A stretch of 64,000 nt of DNA from Octopus vulgaris (taxonomy: Eukaryota): the NCBI GenBank assembly GCA_951406725.2, contig OX597816.1:136648001-136712000 (forward strand), in the 5' to 3' direction. The notes beneath the pieces were generated by a model. The model was not told the origin of the DNA, searched no databases, and saw only the letters and a program-made list of their open reading frames with translations. Both the position numbers and the translations under genes were made by a program. Of the stretch, positions 40,035 to 53,954 are shown in pieces (within the stretch, counting starts at the first letter, position 1; every line of letters starts with the position of its first letter).

Positions 40035-40391
40035 TATTTTTTTAACACAGTGGTACAGCAGTTATAGCTTGATTAACTTTACTCTAGTGTCACTTTGCAA
40101 GCCAGACGATTTGAGATTTAAAGGTCAGGCCCTGCTACCATTTTAACTTTTGCTATTGTTTGGTGATCAACAATACTTGTTCTCATGCTCAACTCAAAGC
40201 TTTAACTGATCTTACATGCGTGATGATGATGATGATGATGATGGTGATACTGGTGATGATTAAGATATTTTGCATTAGGAGGAGTCCATAGAAATTAGCT
40301 ACTTGTTTCAAACGAGAAACATACCTTTCAGTTCTGTTCAAAGAATGTACAATATGCTTTAGCAATTTTATTGTCTACAAAACATGAGGAC

Positions 40392-41156
40392 ATACGTGGT
40401 CTGATCAATAAGTATACGAACTTGCCATAGTAACGAAGCTAAAGCATGCAGAGTGAAGCCACCTGGCACAGATTAACCTTAAACATTCTTGCTCACTTCT
40501 GCTGTTTACAGCAGTGTTTCGAAGTAACGTGTTAGTGTGTGTTTGTCACATTGGCCATGACAGAATCTGCATCACATTCTGCCAAAAGCTTGGCGATACC
40601 TGCTCAGAGGCCTATGCAAAGTTTTCATCATTCTTGATACAATCAAGGAGATTTTGTGCAACTGAAACCCAAGTGTCTTTTTGGTCAGCTGAAAGCAGTT
40701 ATGGCACAAACTTGGCAGACACGCATCTCGTACCCAAATCTTCAGTGATAATGGACTGAACTGAACTGTAACTAATTTGCATATCCTCTGATAACTCACG
40801 GATAGTGATTTGTCGATTTCGCCTCACAGCTCCACACACTTCTGCGATGTCTTTCGCAATTCTGCTGGTTCTGGGTCTCCCAGAACATTCGTCACTATCA
40901 ACATTTATTCGGGCATCTTGGAAATATCTGAACCACTCATACATTTTTGTGCGACTCATGCACTCCTCTCCATACACTTTCTGCAACTTTGCGTAGGCCC
41001 CTGAGCAAGTTTCGCCATGACAACTTTCTCTGTCATGGTCAATGCGACGATCACACATTTGAAGCACTGCTGTAAACAGCGGAAGTGAGCTACAATGTTA
41101 AAAATTAATACACATGCATAGCAGAGATCAAAGTCAATCTTTGCCAAGTGGCTTCA
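40392..41156. mobile_element. Fold-back mariner derivative made of two 5' ends
   Basis: Left end TA|CGTGGTCTGATCAATAAGT. Minus-strand transposase fragment ..VYGEECMSRTKMYEWF...SGRPRTS...ITIREL...VSAKFVP. 40450-40625 is an inverted copy of 40983-41156. Confidence 0.85.
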
Positions 41157-41607
41157 GCAGGATTTAAACTCTGCCTCTCATTCTTCGAAGGTCGATAAAA
41201 TTAGATAATAATTATATAGTAAATTAAAATATAGTACCAGTCAAATAGCATTGATGGTACGTACCATCTAATCTCCTTTCCCTCATACTTTAGGCCTAAC
41301 TATATTAGATACCAATTACTGCCAGACTGTGCCAATCCTGTTTAAGCTAATGATGTTCTTCCACACACATTCTATTGAACGATGCTTTAGAGATCAGTTA
41401 AGTTCCTTAGTCTCTTCTTTCCATAAACAATCTACTCGTCACTTCCACAGAGATCGCTTACCTTTTACTTGTTTCAGTTATTAGACTGCAGCCATGCTGG
41501 GGCACTGCCTTGAAGAACTTTAATCGAACAAATTGACCCCAATACTTATTTTCTTTATACCTTGTACTTACCGTATCAGCCTCCTTTGCCGAACCACTAG
41601 GCTACAA

Positions 41608-41683
<76 letters not shown>

Positions 41684-44099
41684 GTGTGTGTGTGTGTGTG
41701 TGTGTATTAAACGATGATGATGATGATGATGGGCATCTTTCAGTTTCCGTCTATCAAAGCTACTCACAAATCTTTGGTTGGCTCAAGGCTATAATAGAAG
41801 ACACTTGCTCAAGATACCATGTAGTGGGACTGAACCCAAGACCATGTAGTTGGGAAACAAGCTTCTTACCACACAGCCACGCCTGAATCTAAGATTCACT
41901 CACCCACACTTAACTATCATTAATTGCATGTCCTCCTCCCACTGTCTATTACAATAGTCGCAGCTTTTCTCAAGAAACTTTTATAGTTATAGATATATAC
42001 ATAAATATATATATCTATAACTATAAAAGAGAGTTTGTATGTGTGTGTGTGCATATGTTCCTTATGCATTCCAAAACCAAGTTGCTGCTACTAACTAAAC
42101 TTTATTTTTATTGACATATTTCCATTACAAAAATTTAAAATTTCAATCTTTTGCACAACTCAACTATCGTAAGCATTTTATACGACGACGACAATAACGT
42201 CACATTTTCTATATGTGTGTGTATCTTAAAAGACATCCATCATTACGACACACACCACTCACCCACTCTATCTCTCTCTCGTACACTCACACACACACGT
42301 CCACTTCATATACACGTCCATACATCTTATTTTTACGGAATGACCGAGTGAAACGAAGAATGAGAAAAAGACAGAGAAACACAAGAAAGAAACAGGGACA
42401 GAAAACAAGCTTCTATAAGGAGAAGCTGAAAGACGGTTAGCGAGTGAGAGACAGACACTGATGTTTCATACCCTATACTCTTTACTCTTTTACTTGTTTC
42501 AGTCATTTGACTGTGACCATGCTGGAGCACCGCCTTTTACTCGAGCAAATCAACCCCAGGACTTATTCTTTGTAAGCCTAGTTATAATATCTCTCTCTAT
42601 TTGCCGAACCGCTAAGTTGCGAGACGTAAACACACCAGCATCAGTTGTCAAGCGATGTTGGGGGGGACAAACATATACACGCACACACACACACACATAT
42701 ATATGTGTGTATATATATATATATATACGACGGGCTTCTTTCAGTTCCGTCTACCAAATCCCCTCACAAGGCTTTGGTCAGCCCAAGGCTATAGTAGAAG
42801 ACACTTGCCCAAGGTTCCACGCTGTGGGACTGAACCCGGAACCATGTAGTTCGTAAGCAAGCTACTTACCACACAGCCACTCCTACACCTATGTATGTTC
42901 TATAGTTGAAAGTGAAAGAAATCCAGCACGAAATTGATACTGTATGTTCTATAGGTGAAGGTGAAAGAAAGCGGCACAAAGGGAGGGGAAAGCGGGAGAG
43001 AAGGTGACTTCGAGACCCCAGAAATGTGGTCGTGTTGTATAATTTTAACATCAGTTTCACTTTCGTCCAATGTTTCACGCATGTGTAGAATTAGGCGTTA
43101 TCTTTCTCTTTCAATTTCTTATTATAATGTACGGAGACCTTCTACTGTTAACACATTACAACTTCACTACGTTTCCTTCTTTGGAATTAAGAAAGATATG
43201 CAAAAATAACTTCCTTTGGCACGCACACACACACACAGAGTTAAAGTTCTGAATGACATGTTTTTGCTGTGCGCTAAATTACAGCTCAAATCCTGTGGAA
43301 ATTACCTTTTCCTATTCTGTCATTCCTGTTTGTGAGGAGCGTACTTCAAAACCTGATCTTCCATTTAAACTTACAAAGAAGTTATCTCAGAAACACTGTC
43401 CTTTTCCTGTTGTTTCTAGCATGTCCGACTTATTTCTTTCCTCAATTTCCTCACATTACTATGTTTTCCATACAGGAGATTTGCATTTTGCCCGAAAGCG
43501 AGTAGCTGATAGGTGGGGGAAGGAGCATTCGGTATTTCTTTCAGAAAAATTAAATTTTCAAAATCAACTTATATTTCTCACATTCATAGTCTCTATTTTT
43601 CCACGTACATAAAAAGCAAAATTTGGAAAACAGTTAAAAATTAGAAAATTTCGGCGGGGATGGTGGAAATTATAATTTTGAAAACAAGATTTCTGGCCAA
43701 AATCATATTAACCCCTTTTTATTCCATGAAACAGTACACAGTTTGGGATCCTTCTTAAGAACATAAATCACATTCACGCAAATTGTACCCTCCACTTCTC
43801 TTCTGGACAAACAATAACTTCCATTACGCTTAAGACAGAGCATAGCCAAATTATTCACTGTTTACCGCTTCTTTTCAAAATGACGGTATACAAATTGACA
43901 TATGTATTTTCCCACATCTTTTCATTCGTTACTAAAAAATTAAATTATACAATGTACATCTTCAAATTGCTATGTGTTCCATTTTATATGTTCCTTAATC
44001 GTTCGCTCTTTTCAGCCATGCCATCAAAACAAAGACATTCTCATTTATCTCCACAAATAAGGGCTGCAAAGAAAATTGCCTCTATTCATGCTCAAGAAA

Positions 44100-45092
44100 A
44101 CTCATTTCAGTGATGCCAAATGTGTAATATTTGAAAACGATCACAGACAGCAGAAGTTCTGCTCTAAACTACACTTATTGTCTGGGATGAATGCACGATG
44201 GTGCACTAGAAGCCTAAAATAGGTCACTAAGGGATATTAGAAACAGTACTGCCATTATGGGGCACTTAACAATTGGCCTTGCGGGGGATTTCCGTTAAAT
44301 ATTGCCAGTCATACCACAGGGTATGCGAGCTGACGATATCTATGTGTGTCTAAGTTTTCACTTCTGTGAAAGTTTGTTCATCAGCTTTCATTAAGCAACA
44401 ATATGAGAGCTCATCTCTACAACAACCCCTTAGCTGAGGAATTCTTTCATCAAATTCTACTAATTGGAAATGGCGCTTTACCATTGAATAACACCCTGCA
44501 ATAGCATGTACTGCAATGTGGGCTTAAAGAAAAGGTATTTCTCACATTGCAAGATAATTTCAAAAGCATAGCATGGTTCTCAGAGAGAGCTATTTTGCAC
44601 CTTGGGCTGAAAGCATTGATAGAGTAATCCATGAACTTCACATTCTAACTTGAGATGCTTCAATGTTTGTCTCCATTGATACAACCATCGACAAACATGC
44701 CACTGTTGACTATCCAGTTGAATTTCTCAACTCTCTACAACCTGCAGGACTGCCACCGCATTAGTTTTTCCTAAAGAAAGGTACACTGAGTAATTTTCAG
44801 CCCACCACGACTATGCAATGGTACAAGCAACCATTATTGCTGGCTGTCATCAAGGAGAGATCACCTACATTCCCCTCATTCACTCAAATGTGTCAATTCA
44901 ATTCCAGCGCCTCCAGTTCCCAGTGCAATTATGCTTCGCTATGACCATCAACAAAGCCTAGGGTCAAACTTTACAAATACCCTGCTTTTCTCATGGACAA
45001 CTATACATCGCTTGCTCTCGAGTTAGCAGTGCAGATGACTTGTATATTTATTCTATCAATACTAGGCTTACGCAAAACGTAGTTTACCCAAA
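44100..45092 (+). pseudogene. Helitron Rep/Hel PIF1-like helicase remnant
   Basis: Motifs occur in order with stops and frameshifts: [92 protein letters not shown]. Confidence 0.9.
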
Positions 45093-45472
45093 AAGCATTG
45101 TCAGTTTCACTTAACATATGTTGAAGTGTGCAGTCTGCCCAAACAACAGAGATAAAGCTTTTCACAATCCAGCAGCTTTCTTTCCATGTACCTTATTTAC
45201 TTCAATATGGATACCTCTATGCCCTCATACTTCGCCTAATTCTTTAACTCCACGAGTCTAGGTAATTCTGGGGGCAAAATTAGGATTTATTTCTAATCTA
45301 AGCTGCCATTCTACATGATGAGAAGATTGCATTGATTTACACCATTTTATTCTTTCTGAAATAATACCAATGTTTTTTTCGAAACATATGTCAAAAGTAA
45401 ATAGATTTGAATAACACCTGCGTTTAACTCCATTTATTTATTTATACATCTATCTAGCTATCTATCTATCTA

Positions 45473-45530
<58 letters not shown>

Positions 45531-45543
45531 TATATATGCATAC

Positions 45544-45603
<60 letters not shown>

Positions 45604-47649
45604 TATATACATACATACATACATACATATACATATAACTATTTTTACTTGTTTCAGTCGCTTGACTGCGGCCATGCTGGAGCACTGCTTTGAAGTGTTT
45701 TTGTCAAACAATTTGAATCTGAAAGCTTTGTTTTTAAGCCTAGTATTTATTCTATTGGTCTCTTATCCCGAACCACTAAGTTATGGAGCCATAAATACAC
45801 CAACGCCGGTTGTCAAGTGTTGACGGGTAGACATAAAGACACAAATACATATACATACAACGGGCTTGTTTCAGTTTCCATCGAGCAAATGTACTCACAA
45901 GTAAAACTCATAACTCAAAGAAGCTTCTCGTGTGTGTTCAATTCAAATAAAGGAATTAAAAAAATGAAAAAAAGAAAAACGAACGTGAGGCCACGCACAA
46001 GAAATGTATTAGCTTGACGTTCAAGCATAGCTTTTCATCAGAAAGGAGAAAGGGAAAAGTCCAGAGATGGAAAAGAAATTGCCAACGGCACTCATATTGT
46101 TACATGTGTGTGTTTGTCCCCTCACCACCGCCTGACAACCGGTGTTCGTGTGTTAACAGTCCCGTATCTTAGCGATTCAGCAAAAGAGACTGATATAATA
46201 AGTACCAGGCTTTGTAAATAAAAATAATATTAATAAATACTGGGTTCGATTCGTTCGACTAAAATTCTTCAAGGCAGTGCCCCAGCATGGCCACTGTCTT
46301 ATGACTGAAATGAATCTTGGGCAAGTGTCTTCTGCTATAGCCCCGGGCCGACCAATGCCTTGTGAGTGGATTTGGTAGACGGAAACTGAAAGAAGCCTGT
46401 CGTATATATGTATATATATATATGTCTGTGTCTGTGTTTGTCCCCCTAGCATTGCTTGACAACCGATGCTGGTGTGTTTATGTCCCCGTCACTTAGCGGT
46501 TCGGCAAAAGAGACCAATAGAATAAGTACTGGGCTTACAAAGTATAAGTCCCGGGGTCGATTTGCTCGACTAAAGGCGGTGCTCCAGCATGGCCGCAGTC
46601 AAATGACTGAAGCAAGTAAAAGAGTAAAGAGAGGGATAAGTTTTTTCGACTAAAGCTTTCAAGATGGTGCCTCAGTATGGCCACTGTCCAATGACTGAAA
46701 CAAATAGAGTATGAATTTTAGATCTCGTTCTTTATAATAGACGAGGAACTGTCAAAACACAGTCACACATTGTATAGAATTGTTGTTCATCTCTAATTTA
46801 TGCAAATAAAAAATATAATCTGTAAACTGAAAAAAGCTTAACACAAAACTTTAAAAAGAAGCTGTAATCTTGCTTTTCAACACGACTAAGTTGGAGAACA
46901 TTGTGTGCAATGATCTTGTTTTTCATCACAATTAATTTAAAGAACATTGTGTATATGAAATGATTAAATTATAAATTAAACTTAAGTAAATGAAAACGAC
47001 TGCAAAAAAAACAAAGTGAGAACAGTTAAACTTGTTAAAACAGAGTGCAAACAAAAATATAATGGAGAAATGTGAAACAAGGAAGGGTATTTACACAATG
47101 AAGAAAAAAAAACAGAAGAAACTCGTTAGAAGAACAAATAGAAGAATAATGAAACGATTAAAAGTTGCTTGCAGACATTGGTTTAGAAATGCATGAAAGG
47201 GGGAATATGAAGAGATGAAAATGGATGACTAATGTAATTCTATCATAAATGGAAGAAAGACGTACAAGAATAAAAATTAAAAATAAACATAACGGATTAA
47301 ATAAACATTTAAGGGGAAAAGTCCATTCCGTATCTTGAAATTAAAATTACTTATTTATCAATGCCAAGTAGTTGACACATCTTTAAAAATCTGTATAATT
47401 CCATATATATGTATATATATTTATATGTCTTCCCCCTAGCAATATGTCCATTTTTCAACCCTTAGCTGAATGAGCAATGCAAAACCGGTTCTTACTTTAA
47501 TTATGTTGAAAGAACAAAATCTTATTTTGTACAAAATTATATATCTTTATTATTATTATGAATCTAATATACTCCTTAATCTTGTAAAACAAATCTTGTG
47601 TTTTTTCATCTTTTCTTTTTATGTGTATGTATGTATGTATGTATGTATG

Positions 47650-47694
<45 letters not shown>

Positions 47695-49815
47695 AAAACA
47701 AAAAATGGAACAAGAATATAACAGGCGACAACAAAACATCCAGACAGACGATACAAAAAAGGACAGGAAAAAACAAGGACGGGTCATTCGGAGTTTTCTA
47801 TCTTAGTTCCAGATTTTCTCAGCAGTTTCAGCCGGTTACACTCCAGACTGCTTCAATCTGGCCAGTCCCAAGAAAATCTAAGCTAAGAGCACTAGATTCC
47901 TTGAAAGAAAGTAAGCGAATGTATACGAAAAAAGGACAAAAAAAAAAACGGAGAAATAGTACACAAATACAAATACAAACAACAGGACATTAACAATAGG
48001 TGTCTTTCGACTAAGGACGAATTAAATTAAGCTGGCGTGTGTGGAAGTGATGCCTTTCGGCAGGGACATAAGAGATGGAAGTCATGGGAAGAAATATAGA
48101 TGTTAGACGGATGGTAGTCGAACCACGAAAGAAAGGTCAAGCTTGACGGAACACCGGTCACATGGAAGGAGAATAAAGAGTTAGAGGCAGAGGGATAGAA
48201 GAATTAAGAAGGGACAAGAAAGAAAAAAGAAAAGAGACAGAGTGAGGTAAAAGTGAAGGGAAGGCCAAGAAATGTGAGAGAGGGGGAGCGAGAAAAAGAA
48301 AAGTGGAAAGAATGAATTAAGTGTGGAGAAGCTGAAAGAAAGAATAAGAGAGTCGTACAGAATTTATACATATATATATATATATGTGTGTGTGTGTGCT
48401 TGCATATAAGAGACCAAAAGTGTTCGTACGCCGCTATATGTATATATAAAAAAGAAAACAAAAAATGGAATACTTTAATGCTGCTCGGTGTTTCATGTTC
48501 CTGTTCTTCGGGCAGTTGTGATCAAGAATCTTGATCACAACTGTCCGACGAATGAGAACGTGAAACTCTGAGTAGTAGTTTTTATGATGCTTTTTGCAGC
48601 TTTAATTTAAAAAAAAGTATATTACTCTACCTTCGGTATTTGAGTACTGTTTTCCCCACCTTGTTTTGCATTTATGTGCTTATTCGTGTGTATATACATA
48701 TAAATATATAAACACACACACACACTGGTTGTAGGGGACACACACATCCACGAAGATACATACGACGAGCATCTTTTAGTTCCTGTCTACCGAATCCACT
48801 TTTGTCGACCCAAGGCTATAGTAGAAGACACTTGCCCAAGTGGGACTCAACTCGGAACCATTTGGTTATGAAGCAAACTTCATGCCACATAGCCTCGCTT
48901 GTGCCTATAGTTAGTGTTAATTTATTCTAAACAGAGATTACTTGAGTAAAGACATGGGTGGAATTCAAATTGCACCAAATGAATATAAATGATCCTTTGA
49001 TTGCTAGATCGACTTTTTTTTTATTGAGATAATGATCATAAAGCTATTTGAGAGCAAAATTAAATATTCTTTTCTGCTCTAGGCACAAGGCCCGAAATTT
49101 TGGGGTAGGAAGGCAGTCGATTAGATCGACCCCAGTACGCAACGGGTACTTAATTTATCGAGCCCAAAAGGATGAAAGGCAAACTCAATCTAGGCGGAAT
49201 TTGAACTCAGAACGTAGCGACAGACGAAATACCTATTTCTTTACTGCCCACAAGGGTCTACACACAGAGGGGACAAACAAGGACGGACAAACGAATTAAG
49301 TCGATTAGATCGACCCCAGTGCGTAACTGGTACTTATTTAATCGACCCCGAAAGGATGAAAGGTAAAGTCGACCTCGGCGGAATTTGAACTCAGAACGTA
49401 GCGGCAGACGAAATACCGCAAAGCATTTAGCCCGGCGTGCTAACGTTTCTGCCAAATCGCCGCCCTAAATTAAATAAATATTGAATATTCTAGTTCTTAC
49501 CATGTAACACATATAACAGACACACATCAGACATAGCGGTAACCACAACACTGGCATTCATACCAACTATAACGCAAACCGCCCCACCCTAATAGATAGT
49601 AGTTTGATTTAGTGATGGGTAAACGAAGATAAAATAGTAAACATGTTTATATATAAACAGGCGTCACTGTGAGGTAAGAAGATTGTTTCCCAACCACATG
49701 GTCATGGGTTCAGTCACACTGCGTGGCACTTTGGCCAGGGGTCTTCTTCTTTAGCCTCAGGCCGACCGAAGTCTTGTGAGTGGATTTTGTAGATGGAAAC
49801 TGAAAGAAGCCCGTC

Positions 49816-49876
<61 letters not shown>

Positions 49877-50129
49877 CATACATACATACATACATGCATA
49901 CATATCGTTTTTGTATTTGGTTTGCAAGATTCTTTATGTTAATTCGTGTGTTGAAGCATATTTTATTGTATTCGGGAAGAGTCATTCTCTTTTAGAGTCT
50001 TTTACTGAACGGACGTATTTTTGCTGCTGCGAGTTAATTGTAGGTTTACATTTTATTACTTTGTTATTACCAGTGATTGTTAACACCTTGTTTTCTGTGT
50101 CGCTTCGACACATTGCCTGCTTTTGAGCA

Positions 50130-51690
50130 GGGTTGTTTTTATGCAAAATCCCTGAATTATTTTATTTCTCCTTTTTTGTGTAATATTATTTTTACACAAC
50201 ACAACAATGGATATCGAAAACAATGAAAACGCCCACCAAAAGGAAAGCCAAAACAACGTTTTAAAAAGTTTATACATGTTCCCCTCCCTCCCAAACCACG
50301 AAAGGAGAGAGAAGCAAAACACAACAGTAATGAACACTGAAAACCCACCAACCAAAACACAAGGCAACGACAAAATCAACTTCGTTTCCGTTGCCGGTGT
50401 CAACACGGAAAAAATAAAAGTCTATTGACAAAAGAAGGCACTAACATCAAATTAACCCACCCCCCATCCAGAGGGGTTAATACTATCCACCCAAAAGAAA
50501 ATATTTATTTGAAGACAAAAAAAAATAATTGAATTGGCTTCCAAAGAAGCTATAGAAAAATGCTTCCATCCCATCTGGCAAAAAATCAAATTCATAGCAA
50601 GAGGAAAACGCTACAGTACAGTCGAGGTGAGGTTCGCCTCCGAGGAATAAGCAAAAATACACCCAACAACACCCTTAAATTCGGCAGAACTGCTGTTACT
50701 GCCGCCTTCTCTCGGAAAGCGAACATCGCGAATCAGGATAGGTGAGATCCTACCAGAAATAGATGTAGTGTGGCTGGTGGCAGCCGTTTTGCTAAACATG
50801 GAGAATAGAATCAATATCCTCCAGCTACCAAGCTACACCAACAGAACTGGTGGGGCCAGGGCCTAGAACTTTATATACAGGCCACTCCAAAAGACCTTGA
50901 AGACAGACCAGACCAGGTAATTTTACCCGACGAAACCGCACTAAGAGTAATGGTGGCGGGGAGAAAACTTTGATGTTATAAATGGGCAAAAGGGTCATAT
51001 AAGATCCGATTGCCCACAAGACCAACAACAAACGGTGCTCCCTCCACCCAACACCCTCACAGAAATCGAGACCCCAGATGAAGACAAAGACGCCAGCCAA
51101 CACAACGCCGAAAAAATCCACAACCGAAACCCCAAGAGAGGAAATGAAAGAGACGCACAAGAGAGTGAAGCCAACCATAATGAATGGACAGAAACAAAAA
51201 AAAAAGACGCAGAAGTAAAAATACAGCCCCCACATACATTAACATCATGACACCTTTACACCAACTATACACTAACCCCAAACACCCAACCCAGTACCTG
51301 CAAACAGTCATTAATATCATAGCAATTAACACAAACAACACCACTTTAGTCGAACTCGCACGCAGCAACCCACACCCCTATCAAACCCGAACATACCCGA
51401 CAACATTTCATTCATTAATATAGATATCTCATACGTAGACCTAAAAACAACTACCCAAACAACATTGGATCCCTACAAAAATCTTTTACTAGACATCTAT
51501 ATTCTAAACTCAAGAGGAGTACCTCACAAGCTCAACAGAAGAGGAGGGTTTACCACGACCCCTCCTCAACGAATAAATATCGTAAGTAAATTAATTCATT
51601 GTTTTCGCACGAGCTCGGCAGCATAAATGTACGTTGCCTGGGATCAAACCGGAAGCAAAGTCGCTTCCTAAATGATCTCAAGTCACAGAA
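50130..51690 (+). mobile_element. Degenerate L1/Tx1-like retrotransposon 5' half (ORF1 + start of ORF2)
   Basis: A-rich broken ORF1 from ATG 50207 with a frameshifted CCHC knuckle (CYK[C]GQKGHIRSDCP, ~50974-51015). ORF2 start ELGSINVRCLGSNRKQSRFLNDLK matches APE endonuclease motif I. Confidence 0.7.
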
Positions 51691-52020
51691 CTATGCCACA
51701 CAAGCAGGACAACCCAATAATTTCTGCTACTACACTACCCCTAACATCTGGCCGCCTAACTACCCAGACTGCAACCCCCTTGATTATCATGTGTAGGGCG
51801 CAGTTGAGTGAGGGACCAAAAGAACTCCTTGTAACACCAAGATGAACCGAAGGCAAGGATTATGGCAGCATTCACCCACTTAAGCAAGGAGACTGCCCAG
51901 AAGAGTTGCAAGCGATTCGAAGTAATCTAGAGGCCGTGGTTGACGATATGTTTATGTAATTTGGTAAATATATCTGTTAAAATGAGATATTAATGTTATT
52001 TTCATTTTTGCGTAATTTAG
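51690..52020 (+). mobile_element. Tc1/mariner transposase C-terminal fragment
   Basis: IWPPNYPDCNPLDYHV*GAVE matches the WPPxSPDxNPLDY catalytic-region motif. Confidence 0.8.
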
Positions 52021-52032
52021 AAGCGAACTATC

Positions 52033-52450
52033 TTCAATTCAAGTTTTGATTGGGTAATCACTCATAGCCCATTATTTCAAAACAGTCTGTTGTTTAAATG
52101 TTTATTACTCATGTATATTGAGAAAAGGGTGAATTTTCTCTTGTGCAAGCATCTCAAAGCTTGTTCCTGTCTAGAATTTATTATATTACCCTTAGATGTA
52201 AAAATTTGGTAAAATTCCTCTAAACTATAGTCACATTTATTAATTCCAGGTCTGTATGGTTTTGCAGTGCTAATTAATTCTCAATTGATAGTATAGTCTT
52301 TATCTTTGATAAACCAGATTAATTTACTTCGACTTGTTTGGGATCTTTTATTTTTATCACTGAATGTATATATATTACCACTGGATATAATTATAGATTT
52401 CACTGGTCTGTTCCGTTGATAAAAAATCGTTCCAAATACACCATGACGTT
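52033..52450 (-). mobile_element. Penelope-like element GIY-YIG C-terminus and degenerate hammerhead
   Basis: ..RSQTSRSKLIWFIKDKDYTIN*ELISTAKPYRPGINKCDYSLEE...NIINSRQEQALRCLHKRKFTL matches PLE C-termini; followed by ct(g)atga-gtgat..atca(c)-(g)aaac. Confidence 0.75.
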
Positions 52451-53101
52451 TGAACCCTTTTGAACTTTTTTGAACTTTCTGTTTTTTCATATTCCTTACG
52501 TTGCTCCTTTGCCTCTCTTTCTCTCTTTTTCCTTTCCTTTTCACCTCTTCTTTTCTTCTTTTCTTTTTCTCTCTTTTTCTTTTCCTCACGCCTTTTGAAT
52601 TTTTTGAACTTTTGCACTCCGTATGTCATTACGTTGTCTTTCTGTCTCCTTTTCTTCTCTTTTTTCAAGCATGCCCGATTACAAATTTTTCCTCCTCCAC
52701 CTTCACCACCGCCTAAAGAAGCACCTTCCCACACTTCCTTTCCGCTGCTTTTAACCTTCTATTAATCTTTCCCTACTAATTAAAAAAAAAAAAAAACACT
52801 GTTCTCTAGCCACGTTTCGTTTCTCAGTCACTGCTTTCACTACCACCTCGTCCCCAAAGATTTCTGCCTCTATTTGAATCCACAATTTTCTAAAATTCTC
52901 TCTCTGTTTACTTCATCGTGTTCCTTTCTGTTGAAGATCGTAGGTTCGAAACGTAAAAGACTTTCTCACTCTCCCGAGCGTCAAGCTAATACACATGCTT
53001 GTTGTTTATACATCTGTCTTCGTCTTTTGTTTTTCTGTAAATTTCAACTATACACACACACACATACATGCCTGCATATATATTTGCGCGCGCGCGGCGC
53101 A

Positions 53102-53173
<72 letters not shown>

Positions 53174-53914
53174 TATATATATATATATACGGAGTCGGGT
53201 ACTTGTCAGTTTGAAGACTGCTGGTCTAAAGAGAACACTGTTTTCAAACAAATGCATCAAGTGAATGATTGATACCACCACGTACAACACAGAAGAAAAC
53301 GTCTGTGCCATAGAGAAGAAATATTGTCTTTGCTTTCAACATACCAAAAATGATGAAGGCAGTGTATAGCATTTTGGTAGGGCTTATTGCCAATGTCAGT
53401 GAGAGCTATTTTTCAGAAGAGTTAATATCAATTACTTGAAATTCTATCTGACACCAATTTAATTTCCATCACAGATCGTACGCTTTCGTACGTGCGCGCG
53501 CATGTTCATACGTAAGATTATACACACACATGCAATAACATATCAGACATGGGCGTGGCCACACTGTTAATTCTAGTCAATCATTTCTAGTAAATAACTA
53601 CTTCATTTACAATACAACAGGATGTTTTTTCACAGAGCTTCAGTATGTTAACACATCTTTCTTCTAATACTTTCTAATGCTTTGGAATAAATAGACGCTC
53701 TAGAATGTCTACTGGATGTCGTATGTCCTTTTGTATCCTTTCCATTTTCTTGCCGTATAAATTAAGGGTAAACCACTTTTTACCCCCGCCCATATATGAC
53801 ACACTCAATTGCGAGATTGGCACGCAATAACCAGCACTTGCGTATGAATAATTGGGTACACTACCAGCAGCATATTGGATAGGCATTATCCCTTAGTTGG
53901 TTATATATATATAA

Positions 53915-53951
<37 letters not shown>

Positions 53952-53954
<3 letters not shown>

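Noticed and set aside
44100-45092. Host PIF1 helicase gene
   Set aside because: Multiple stops and frameshifts, no introns, and Helitron-type motifs.
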